Source: Myxococcota bacterium
GTDB taxonomy: Bacteria > Myxococcota_C > UBA6777
Direction: 5' to 3'
Length of the DNA: 64,000 nucleotides
Assembly (NCBI GenBank): GCA_023150835.1
Contig: JAKLKB010000013.1
Location: forward strand, 1-64,000
A program made the position numbers and the translations under genes. The notes beneath the pieces were generated by a model. That model made no database searches. It saw nothing but the letters and a program-made list of their open reading frames with translations, and was not told where the DNA came from. Numbering within the stretch: position 1 is the first letter of the stretch; every line of letters starts with the position of its first letter. Of the stretch, positions 29,286 to 38,279 are shown piece by piece.

Positions 29286-32200
29286 TTATCTTCGGGGTGA
29301 TCGGCGTTTGAAGGATCGCTTGCGTGTGGGTGGTTTGCTCACCTGCGCAGGCCCTCTTGTGTTTGCAGGCTCGCTCAGGGTGTGGAGGCTGGTATCGCGA
29401 AGTGCCGCGATCACCGCAGCATGCGAAAACTGACCCTGAGGGCGCAGGCTGACATGGTGAAGTCCTCGCCCTGCTGTCAACGCAAAGGGCGGTGCTTGCT
29501 GGAGCCTTGCCATCAGAGGCAGCGCTTCGCGTCCTGCCACCAACGCGCAAAGCTCGATCAGACGGCGCAAACGAGATAGCTTCTTGAAGAGATCGCTCGC
29601 TCGTTCTCGAACATCTGCAGCACTTCGTGGGCGCTCTCCCTGTTTGCGTGTTGTGGTGTAGACCAGTAGTTCTCGTTCTAGCAAAGCGAGCAAAGCAGGC
29701 GCGATCGCCGCGTTTCTTTGTGCGCGCAACGCGAAAAACACGGTGCTTTCGTCAGCCCCTGCCTTTTCCAAAAGCTCCAACAGCACATACGCGGCCTCGG
29801 GCCGCTCAAAACGGCCCAACGCATAGATCGCTGCATTCCGAACATAAGAATGCTCGCCCGAACGCGCCCATCGTGCAAACCTCGGAAGATCGACGGGATT
29901 TTGAAATATTTGAAGCGCCCGAACAAACCCTGACAACGAAGCACGCGCACGTAAACTTTTGTGCATCTCAGCGTGCGGCTTCTTTTTACAGAACTTTTCG
30001 TACAAGCTTGGGTTGTCGATACCTCGGTAGATATTCAAGACCTGCAAGAAATGTTGGCGAGAAGACGTCGTGTTGATGCGCGCCAGCGCGTTGAGAAAAG
30101 AAGCATAAGGGACATACTGCTTGTTCGGGGTACACAACAGCTTTTCCATGCTGTGGACCTCGATCTCTGTGGATTGAAAACGCCCAACATACCAAGTGAG
30201 TTGGCGCTCCAGATCTTCGGACCACACAGGCGTCGAAAGCAAGCGCGCAAGGGTCCGATAGGCTTCTTGCGAGCTAAACGCCCCCAAAGCTTGGCAGACA
30301 TAGCGCGCAAACATTACCCGCAGCCCTTTCGGCCAACCTGCGAACGGCTCGTTTGGCGAACCCATCGCTTTTTGCAAAGCTTCCCAAACCAAAGAAAAAT
30401 ACTTGTTGTCGTGTGTGTAAGAGAGCGCCAACGCTGCAAACAGCCTTGTATCAACGGAAGACGTCGGATCGCGCAAAACCCCTTTGATCAAGGGGATGCT
30501 TCTATCCGCATCAAAACGCGCAAGCGTGCGGGCCAGTCGATCTTTTTGAGAGAACTCCCGCAAACCTTTGTAGTATGCAGGCCGCAAAGCATGAAGCTTT
30601 TTGGAGTACTCTTTGTCTTTTCTTCGCTCACTGTAGCGCATCTCTTGCATCGCATAATAGGGCTTAATCTTGTCCAAATGGATGGGTTTGCGCAAGAACT
30701 CCAGCAAAAGCTGGGCAGCTTCTTTGGTATTGATCAAGTTAAAATAAGACAGCAACGGTTGCCAATATTCGCTATCCTTGCCCAAAAGTAGCGTCTTGTA
30801 GATCGGCAAAGCCCGTTCTGCATGACCGCGTGTCAACAGGATATACATCGCACGATAGCGCAACATCTGCCAATCTGTGCCCAAAAAGCGCGGATCGTTT
30901 TCTTGTAGGGCGGCTTGCACAAGAACCTCGACCGCCTCTGGTGTGCCCACCTGACTGAGCGCGTAATACGCCCAAACCACCGACCTTCTCAATCGATAGG
31001 GTACGCGGCGAGGCGAGGAGATTTTTTCAAGGCGATGCGGTTCTGTTTTTGCGCGCAAACCGCCTTGCGGAGGCTGTGCGGGGCTGTCTGTTGCGCGGGT
31101 GTCTGCGACAGGAACGGCCTTGGGAAAAGCATGACGGCTGGCTTGCTTGTCGGCGGGAGTGCGCAAACGCCGCAGCCATCGTTGGATCGCGGAGACATAG
31201 ATATCACTTGGCGCGTAGCGCGCAAGCACCAAAAGCCGATCGTCGTCCTCGGCGTCTTCGTCGAGTCCTTGGAGAACCCACGCTTGAACACCCGGTGTCG
31301 AGAGGCTGCGTAAGGCGTATTCAACGGTAGAACGGAACAATGCGATGCGTTTGTGCTTCATCAAAGCAAACAGGATCGATTCGAGGCGCTTGATATGCCC
31401 CTGCTGCACCTCGCCATTGTTCACAGCAAGCGCAGCATAGGGCAACAAGTACAGATAGGGATGCACCCAATCCTCGTTTTTCTGACGCTGTGCAAGCACC
31501 TTTTCGATGGCGTCATAGTCTTCTAACCAAGCCCCCACAAGACGCGACATCTCAGACTGGATCCCCGCAAAAAAGCTGATCATCTTGCGTTCTTGCTGCA
31601 CCAACAGCCGCTTTTGCTCGGCAAAAGGCAAGCGTGCGATCTGATAAGAAGCCCCTAACAACCGAAAGCTTTGATCCACAAACCCCACATCTCCGACCGA
31701 CAGCACACGCAAGACGCCGTTGTCCACCATCTCACGCAACAGCTTGCTTGACTGTTGCAGATCAAGCCGAGCCAACAGCGCGATCTGTTCGAGTGCATCA
31801 TCTCGCCGCACAGTCGGCGTTCTCTGGCGCAAGCTCAAAAAAGCCAATGCAGACAAAACCTTCATTTTCAGCGTCATCTCAAAGGCCCCATGATCCAGCA
31901 TATTACGAACCAGTCGATCGTAGATCACGCCGAGATTACGGGGAGCATGCCCCACCAACAAATAATACTGAACGCACAAAGACAAGATCAAAGGGTGGCT
32001 GATATTTTGGCTCAAATAACCATTGTTCATCAGTTCCCGAAAAAAGCGCGCAGAGGTTTGTTTGTACAAAAACTCCCTTGCGACGCGGCTTTCATACGAT
32101 TGTTGCTTGAGGCGCACAAAACGCGGTGCAAGCGACTCGATCACGGCGAGGCTGCGTTCTTTGTATACGGCTAAAATCGTACGACTTTTTCCATAACGCT

Positions 32201-34109
32201 CTGCGAACTCTACAACCTTCGGCAGGAGATTGGCGGGACTGCCGGCCTGTTCGATCTGCGTAAAGTAGAAGGTGGCGGCTCCTTGTTGGAAAAGCTTCTC
32301 CAGTCCCTCAAACCGAAACAACGGCTCACGTTCGCCATTGTATCCCGTGATGTCGCGTGCGGCCTCTTGGATCGTTTGCTCGATCGATTCATTTTTGAGC
32401 TTTGAAAGATCGATGGCGATCGCCAAGCGCCCGGCTTGGGTGTCTTTGAGCATCTCTCGGGCAACAAGCACCTGCAACAAAGTCGAACTGCTTACAAGCA
32501 AGGCGATCTGCGACTTCTGCTTGTGTTCTGCCAACGGGCGCAACTGACGTGAGGACTCCAGCTCGTCTTTGGTCTTTGGGCTTGTAGCTCCGCTGCTTCC
32601 TCCCGATGCAGCGGCACTTCCGCCACCTGTGGATGCCGTCGCGTCCGCCTTCTTACCGCTGCCTTCGCTCTTTTTGCCTGCCGAAGCATCCGTCTCTTGG
32701 TTGGCTTGTTCCTCACTTTGTTCTAATGAAACGTAGATATCAGGAAACCTGCCCATGCTATCGAGCAGAGGATGGGCCTCCAACCGTGCGCGCAAGCGCT
32801 GGCGATAGAGCCTTGGGATCACCTGTTCGGCGCGCAGTGTTTGGACTTGATCTTCGGTGCCTTTGCGCAGATGCGCGAGATACGTTCCGATGTACGGAAA
32901 AGAAAGCCTTCCTTCTTTCGGGACTTCGGCCTTTTTGATCTCTGCCATCCCCTTATCGAGAGCAGCTTCCGCGTTGAGGACCGCTTTGGGAGAGGGATTT
33001 GGTGGACTCAAGGCCAAGCGAGCCACGACCACCTTTCTTCGTACAGTATCGAGCTTGTCGTTGTATTGATCGTAGTCTCGATAGTTTAGAAAGCTGATGA
33101 TCAAAAAGATCAAAAACACCACCCCGAGGATGCTGCGCAAAGAAACTTGCGGCAGCTTTTCGAGCAGCCCCGAAAACAGGTTGGCTCCCGGGACAAAGAC
33201 CAAGATCGGCTTGAGATCGATCGACCGGTTAAGGATCGCATTCAATCCGCCCGGCAGTCCGACGATTTCGGCATCATGGAGCGAAGTCGGCTCGATACCG
33301 CGCTGTTGGGCGATGGCATCCAAAACATCACCGACATCATCCGCGACGATCCGCACAAATGTCTGATGGTGCTGCGTCAGCCATTGCAGCGATGTTTGTG
33401 CGGTCGGTAGTTCTTCGATGACTTCGTCGTAATGGCGATCTTCGATCCAAACCACCGGCATCTCGGGCTTTGTGACCACAAGCTTCATCAAGCCATTCAT
33501 CATATCACTTGGATACGGGTGTTGGCCCGCCACGATTACCCCGTCCGTGGTGTCAAGCATGGCTTGGAGACGCTGCTTGACAAACATGGCTTCTCGGTTT
33601 CGCCGATCTTCTCGATCTTGAAAGATCAGGTCGTCCCACTCTTTGACAAGCTGTAGTCCATTTCCCGACCATGCGGGCTTTTCAAGCGAAACGACTTCGT
33701 AGGCGACGTGTTGTTGATCGAAGGCTTGTTCAAGCAGATCATCGGGCGCGCTGCTGACCACCCCCGCAAACATCCCGCTGCGCGCCAGATCCGCAAGCCG
33801 GATGATGCTTCGTTGTGGACGCAGGTTGTTTGTGTAATTGCGAAACCACTTGATCTGCTCTTGAAGTTGATCGGCCACAAACCCCAACGGCGCTTTGCCC
33901 GAACGCAAGGCTTGTTCCACACTGTCGGCGACTTCGCGACTTTGCGTCCGAAAGATATGGTAGCGCACCAGATCCGCGACACTCGGCGACCAAGAAGTCC
34001 GTTGAAAAGGCAACGGTACACCGCTCGTTGCACCAAGATGAGAGCCTGCGATCAACAACCACCGCTTTTTTGCATCCTCGAAAACAGACAACGATCCCTG
34101 CCAAGACAT
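29286..34109 (-). CDS. Large protein: degenerate SIR2-like domain + TM helix + degenerate NACHT/STAND module + HEAT-like repeats
   Basis: AGGGAGG RBS before ATG 34109; uninterrupted ~1607 codons; motif skeletons are given in the findings; HEAT-like units (VRNAAIYALGRFERPEA, TRLFAALALS). Confidence 0.7.
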   Translation of the reverse strand: MSWQGSLSVFEDAKKRWLLIAGSHLGATSGVPLPFQRTSWSPSVADLVRYHIFRTQSREVADSVEQALRSGKAPLGFVADQLQEQIKWFRNYTNNLRPQRSIIRLADLARSGMFAGVVSSAPDDLLEQAFDQQHVAYEVVSLEKPAWSGNGLQLVKEWDDLIFQDREDRRNREAMFVKQRLQAMLDTTDGVIVAGQHPYPSDMMNGLMKLVVTKPEMPVVWIEDRHYDEVIEELPTAQTSLQWLTQHHQTFVRIVADDVGDVLDAIAQQRGIEPTSLHDAEIVGLPGGLNAILNRSIDLKPILVFVPGANLFSGLLEKLPQVSLRSILGVVFLIFLIISFLNYRDYDQYNDKLDTVRRKVVVARLALSPPNPSPKAVLNAEAALDKGMAEIKKAEVPKEGRLSFPYIGTYLAHLRKGTEDQVQTLRAEQVIPRLYRQRLRARLEAHPLLDSMGRFPDIYVSLEQSEEQANQETDASAGKKSEGSGKKADATASTGGGSAAASGGSSGATSPKTKDELESSRQLRPLAEHKQKSQIALLVSSSTLLQVLVAREMLKDTQAGRLAIAIDLSKLKNESIEQTIQEAARDITGYNGEREPLFRFEGLEKLFQQGAATFYFTQIEQAGSPANLLPKVVEFAERYGKSRTILAVYKERSLAVIESLAPRFVRLKQQSYESRVAREFLYKQTSARFFRELMNNGYLSQNISHPLILSLCVQYYLLVGHAPRNLGVIYDRLVRNMLDHGAFEMTLKMKVLSALAFLSLRQRTPTVRRDDALEQIALLARLDLQQSSKLLREMVDNGVLRVLSVGDVGFVDQSFRLLGASYQIARLPFAEQKRLLVQQERKMISFFAGIQSEMSRLVGAWLEDYDAIEKVLAQRQKNEDWVHPYLYLLPYAALAVNNGEVQQGHIKRLESILFALMKHKRIALFRSTVEYALRSLSTPGVQAWVLQGLDEDAEDDDRLLVLARYAPSDIYVSAIQRWLRRLRTPADKQASRHAFPKAVPVADTRATDSPAQPPQGGLRAKTEPHRLEKISSPRRVPYRLRRSVVWAYYALSQVGTPEAVEVLVQAALQENDPRFLGTDWQMLRYRAMYILLTRGHAERALPIYKTLLLGKDSEYWQPLLSYFNLINTKEAAQLLLEFLRKPIHLDKIKPYYAMQEMRYSERRKDKEYSKKLHALRPAYYKGLREFSQKDRLARTLARFDADRSIPLIKGVLRDPTSSVDTRLFAALALSYTHDNKYFSLVWEALQKAMGSPNEPFAGWPKGLRVMFARYVCQALGAFSSQEAYRTLARLLSTPVWSEDLERQLTWYVGRFQSTEIEVHSMEKLLCTPNKQYVPYASFLNALARINTTSSRQHFLQVLNIYRGIDNPSLYEKFCKKKPHAEMHKSLRARASLSGFVRALQIFQNPVDLPRFARWARSGEHSYVRNAAIYALGRFERPEAAYVLLELLEKAGADESTVFFALRAQRNAAIAPALLALLERELLVYTTTRKQGERPRSAADVRERASDLFKKLSRLRRLIELCALVAGREALPLMARLQQAPPFALTAGRGLHHVSLRPQGQFSHAAVIAALRDTSLHTLSEPANTRGPAQVSKPPTRKRSFKRRSPRR

Positions 34110-34221
34110 ACGACAACCTCCCTCTTGATGGCCTATTTGGCCTTGTTGCCTTCTTTTGGGACTCTTGCTCCCTTTGGACGACCGGGGCGACTTGGATCGA
34201 AGTAACGCGGTGAACAAAAAA

Positions 34222-34338
34222 CCCTGTGTTCGCGGACGTTCAAGCGACGGTTCCGTTGGATTGGAATCTCTCTGCTCTCTTCGCCCCTCACGGGATCAAG
34301 GGGCGAAATTCCCTTGTGGGGCGTGGAGCAAAGCCCCA
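34222..34338 (+). repeat. Dispersed structured repeat, copy 4
   Basis: ccctgtgttcgc...ttcaagcgac...gttggattgg...cacgggatcaaggggcgaaattcccttgtggggcgtggagcaaagcccca. Confidence 0.8.
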
Positions 34339-34377
34339 AACCATCCAACCGTATCGATCCGAGGGCATCCGAAAAGT

Positions 34378-35526
34378 TTAACTTCTCTCGGGTGCGTTTT
34401 TCCACCATGCTTCGGCGAGGGCGTATTGTTGGGCGCTTGCGCCGCCCCACCGTGTGCGCAACGTTTGAGCATCCCGATAATGGCGTTCGACAGGAAACTC
34501 ACGAATAAAGCCGTATCCTCCGTGTATCTGGATCGCTTCTTGGCCGATCCAAACGGCAGCTTCGCCCGCAAAAAGCCGTGCGGCTCGCCCAAGCACCGAG
34601 ACTTCTTCCCATGCGCCGCGTTGCCACGCCTCGGCGGCCTGATCAACCAAAAGCTGCGCAGCGTCCGCCTTCATCGCCATATCCGCCAGTTTCCACTGGA
34701 TCGCTTGAAACCCACTGATCGCCTGTCCAAACTGATGGCGTTGTTGCGCATATCGGATCGATTGGGCCAGTGCTGCTTGGGCGACACCGACTTGCAAAGC
34801 GGCGATCGCGATCCGACCGCTTGCCCACGGATCAAACGAAGCCAAGTCGCCCGTGAGTCGGGCAGTTTCAGGAATCATGCTCTCTGGAACAACAAGGTGC
34901 GCGACCTCCGCCCCCCGCAAACCCAGTTTCCCCTCGATCACACGGGCTTCGACCCGCTCGCGCAACGCTCCCTCTAGCACAAAGTATTGCGGCTTCCCTG
35001 CCCTATCCACCGCGCTTAACAACAACAGCGATGCGGACTTGCCCAAAGTGACAAACCGCGCTTCTCCTTGCAGTTGCCACGCCTCTCCCACGCGCTCAGC
35101 GCGCAACAAGCCACCCCATCGGCCCGCAGGATCGGCTTCTTTCGCAAAGACTTCTCCGCCACACGCCATCCACGCACCGTTTGCCAAAGCGCCCAACCAC
35201 CGGTCTTTTTGCGTCTCGTCTGCCGCAGCGCATAGCAGCGGAACGCACCAAGCATTCTGTAACGCCGCAACCACCGCCAAAGAAGCATCGACCGCAGCCA
35301 CCTCCATCAAGACCCGACAGCACGTCACAGCGTCCATCTCCGAACCACCGTAAGCTTCGGGGATACGCATCGCAAGCAAGCCATACGAACCCAACGCCTC
35401 GATCCCTTTGGAAGCAAGACCTTCTGCGTGTTCTGCAACAGCCGCCAACGGAGCCATCTCTTTTTTTGCAAAATCCCGTACTTGTTCAATAATTAAGCTT
35501 GCGTCTGCATTCAAATCGAATCGCAA
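34378..35526 (-). CDS. Acyl-CoA dehydrogenase family protein, probably non-catalytic
   Basis: IPEAYGG, KLGLRG, RHQFGQAISGFQAIQWKLADM, AIQIHGGYGF...VERHYRDA; TTG start after GAGGAGG. Confidence 0.88.
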   Translation of the reverse strand: MRFDLNADASLIIEQVRDFAKKEMAPLAAVAEHAEGLASKGIEALGSYGLLAMRIPEAYGGSEMDAVTCCRVLMEVAAVDASLAVVAALQNAWCVPLLCAAADETQKDRWLGALANGAWMACGGEVFAKEADPAGRWGGLLRAERVGEAWQLQGEARFVTLGKSASLLLLSAVDRAGKPQYFVLEGALRERVEARVIEGKLGLRGAEVAHLVVPESMIPETARLTGDLASFDPWASGRIAIAALQVGVAQAALAQSIRYAQQRHQFGQAISGFQAIQWKLADMAMKADAAQLLVDQAAEAWQRGAWEEVSVLGRAARLFAGEAAVWIGQEAIQIHGGYGFIREFPVERHYRDAQTLRTRWGGASAQQYALAEAWWKNAPERS

Positions 35527-35651
35527 AAAACACCTCCTCAGCCCAACAACGGGCCTCCCATCGGCTTTTTCAGCACAACAGCAACGCAAAGACGGCGTGA
35601 GAAACAGCGAACGCCGATCGAGCGCCGCGATCTGGGGTCACATCGGTTCGA

Positions 35652-37856
35652 TTAGCGACGGACACTGATGCGTGCGACGGGTTGGATATTCATATCAGGG
35701 TTGAGTTCTTGGAAAGAAAGAACGGCAAGATAGGGGAATTCGAGTTTGACCAGCTGGCGGAAGTAACGGCGGATCTCGACGTTGGTCAAGATGACGGGCT
35801 GTTGGGCAGTTGCAGGGAGGTCACCGATCTCAACGCGCACAGCGTCGAGGATATCTTGTGCGATCTCGGGTTCAAGGGCGAGATAGTTCCCCGACGAGGT
35901 GATCTGGATCGAGTCCTTGATGGCTTGTTCGATTTGTGGATCAAGCAGATACACGACGAGGGTATTGCCGCCTTTGGAGTATTTGTAGGTGATGTAGCGT
36001 TTCATCGACATCCGAACATACTCGGTCAACATGACGGGATCTTTTTCGACCTGCGCCCATTCGGCGAGGGCTTCCATGATCGCCTTGAGGTTGACGATCG
36101 AGATCTCTTCTTCGACAAGTCGTCGGCAAACATCCGTAAACTGTTGCAAGGACAAGACTTTGGGGACGACTTCTTTGATCAACGCGGGGAAGGCTTGTTC
36201 GAGTTTGTCGAGCGAAGATTGGACTTCTTGGATACCGACGAACTCGTAAGCAAAGCGGCGCAGGACGCTAGAAAGATGCAGGATCATGTATCCCGGGGTG
36301 TCCCACGTGGTGTAGCCCGATTGTTCGACCAGTTCCTTTTTCTCGGCAGGGATCCAACAAGCATCCATCCCGTTGGCGGGGTTGACGGTGGGTTCTCCTG
36401 CGACGTTCATAATCGCCAAACGGTCGGCACTTTCGTTGACAAGAACTTTTCCAAGCGGGACTTGGCCGACAGCGACGGGGACTTCGTTGAGTTTGAGGAT
36501 GTAGGTGTCATCGGGTAGATGAGAGCAAAAGCCGCGAACACGGACCCCGGGGAAAGTGACCCCAAGCTCGTAAAAGAGGCCCTCTTTCATCAAGGGGAGC
36601 ATATCGTTGAGGAAGCGATCGCCCGATTCGGTGGCGGAGTCGACGTAAGGTGTGAGCGCGTTGGAGACTTCCATTGCGATCGGTGTGACGATCGGGACAA
36701 GCTCTTGGGGTTCGCGCTCTTTTTTCTTTTTCTTTTTGTCGGCGCTTGGGGCAGGACGAGCTTCGGGGGGAAGCTCTGCGGAGGGGGTTTCTTCGGCCTC
36801 GGCTCCACCGCCTCCGACGGACTTGACTTCGCGGACTTTTTTCAAGCTGTACGCCAAGAAGCCAACACCTGCGGCCAAGATAATAAAGGGTAATTTTGGC
36901 AGACCGGGAACCAGAGCAAGCAAGACCAGCAAGATGCTGATGATAAAGTAGGGTTTGTGGTTGGCGAGAAGCTGTTGGCCGATATCCGAACCAAGGTTCG
37001 ATCCTTCCGTTTCAGGAGCGACCCGCGTGACGATGATCCCCGCAGAAACGGAGATCAAGATCGAAGGGATCGAAGACACCAGACCGTCTCCGATCGTCAA
37101 CATCGCAAACTTTGAAGCAGCCTCTCCAGCGGTCAGACCCATCATCATTACGCCGATGACGATCCCTGCGAGGACGTTGATCGCGGTGATGATGATCCCT
37201 GCGATGGCATCGCCTTTGACGAACTTCATCGCACCGTCCATTGCGCCAAAGAGTTGAGACTCACGCTCAAGATCACGACGACGGCGACGGCCTTCGTCCA
37301 TATCGATCGCTCCTGCCCGCATATCCGCATCGATCGACATCTGCTTTCCCGGCATCGCGTCGAGCGTAAAACGTGCCGCGACCTCGGATACCCGCTCGGA
37401 ACCTTTGGCGATAACGATAAAGTTAATCAACATCAAGATCAAAAAGACGATCGCTCCAACGACCATATTCCCGGCCACAACGAAGTTTCCAAAGGAAGTG
37501 ATCACCTCGCCCGCGTCTGCATACAGCAAGATCAAGCGCGTTGAAGACACGTTGAGTCCGAGGCGAAACAACGTTGTGACTAACAAGATCGACGGATACG
37601 CCGACAGATGCAGCGCTGACGGCATATAGATCGCGATCAGCACCAAGGTCAGCGAGATCGCAAAGTTGACGGTCAACAAGATATCCATAATGAACGTCGG
37701 GAGGGGGATGATCATCAACGCCACAACCAACACGATGATGCTCGCAAGACCGATATCTGCGTAACGCGTCAAGGTGTTGGTCCAAGTCCCCTCCATCAGT
37801 TGGGTCTTAAAGTCTTTCGCCACGTCGATCCTCGTTTGCTTGGGTGTCTTGCGCAT
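35652..37856 (-). CDS. sctV: Type III secretion export gate, SctV/LcrD family
   Basis: TTLFRLGLNVSSTRLILL, KGSERVSEVAARFTLDAMPGKQMSIDAD (SctV-type ERV/MSID rather than FlhA-type GRI/MAID), FGAMDGAMKFVKGDAIAG, VLSFQEL. The start may be GTG 37823. Confidence 0.9.
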   Translation of the reverse strand: MRKTPKQTRIDVAKDFKTQLMEGTWTNTLTRYADIGLASIIVLVVALMIIPLPTFIMDILLTVNFAISLTLVLIAIYMPSALHLSAYPSILLVTTLFRLGLNVSSTRLILLYADAGEVITSFGNFVVAGNMVVGAIVFLILMLINFIVIAKGSERVSEVAARFTLDAMPGKQMSIDADMRAGAIDMDEGRRRRRDLERESQLFGAMDGAMKFVKGDAIAGIIITAINVLAGIVIGVMMMGLTAGEAASKFAMLTIGDGLVSSIPSILISVSAGIIVTRVAPETEGSNLGSDIGQQLLANHKPYFIISILLVLLALVPGLPKLPFIILAAGVGFLAYSLKKVREVKSVGGGGAEAEETPSAELPPEARPAPSADKKKKKKEREPQELVPIVTPIAMEVSNALTPYVDSATESGDRFLNDMLPLMKEGLFYELGVTFPGVRVRGFCSHLPDDTYILKLNEVPVAVGQVPLGKVLVNESADRLAIMNVAGEPTVNPANGMDACWIPAEKKELVEQSGYTTWDTPGYMILHLSSVLRRFAYEFVGIQEVQSSLDKLEQAFPALIKEVVPKVLSLQQFTDVCRRLVEEEISIVNLKAIMEALAEWAQVEKDPVMLTEYVRMSMKRYITYKYSKGGNTLVVYLLDPQIEQAIKDSIQITSSGNYLALEPEIAQDILDAVRVEIGDLPATAQQPVILTNVEIRRYFRQLVKLEFPYLAVLSFQELNPDMNIQPVARISVRR

Positions 37857-37972
37857 CTGTCAGCACGACAAACACGCCCATATCGACACGGTTATCCGAA
37901 TAGAGTGAGGTGGTTTTGTGTTGGGTATCGGCTCTCTCAACGCGCACGCCTTGCCAGATATCCGCGCACGAA

Positions 37973-37986
37973 GCAAAACGTTTTGC
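37973..37986. promoter_or_regulatory. Perfect 14-bp palindrome, candidate operator upstream of sctV
   Basis: gcaaaacgttttgc equals its own reverse complement. Confidence 0.35.
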
Positions 37987-38153
37987 GCCAAACGACGGGC
38001 GTTTTGACCACGCCCAACACAAAGAAACCGATTCGCGCACCACTATACACCAACTTCTCCCAAACGAAAATAGCTTCTTTTTGGGGAAAGAATGGGTGTG
38101 TTGAAGAAAGCAGAAAAGGAAGAAAAAAAGCAGAGCGAACAAGGCGAGAAAAG

Positions 38154-38279
38154 AGCGGAGGATGATCCGATGATCTCGCCGAAAGGCAAGAAGAAAAAAG
38201 AAAGCGGAGGATGATCCGATGATCTCACCGGAAGGCAAGAAGAGGAAAGAGAGCGGAGGATTATTCGATGATCTCGCCG
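38154..38279. repeat. 49-bp-period tandem repeat overlapping the chaperone gene stop codon
   Basis: agcggagga..a..cgatgatctc.ccg at 38154, 38203 and 38252. Confidence 0.9.

Noticed and set aside
29286-34109. Active SIR2/Avs anti-phage NADase, or a pseudogene
   Set aside because: The catalytic Asn/His and Walker residues are absent and there is no defence-island context, but the frame is intact with a strong RBS
35652-37856. Flagellar flhA
   Set aside because: Signature residues (KGSERV, MSIDAD) and the adjacent SycD-like chaperone favour SctV; no flagellar genes are nearby
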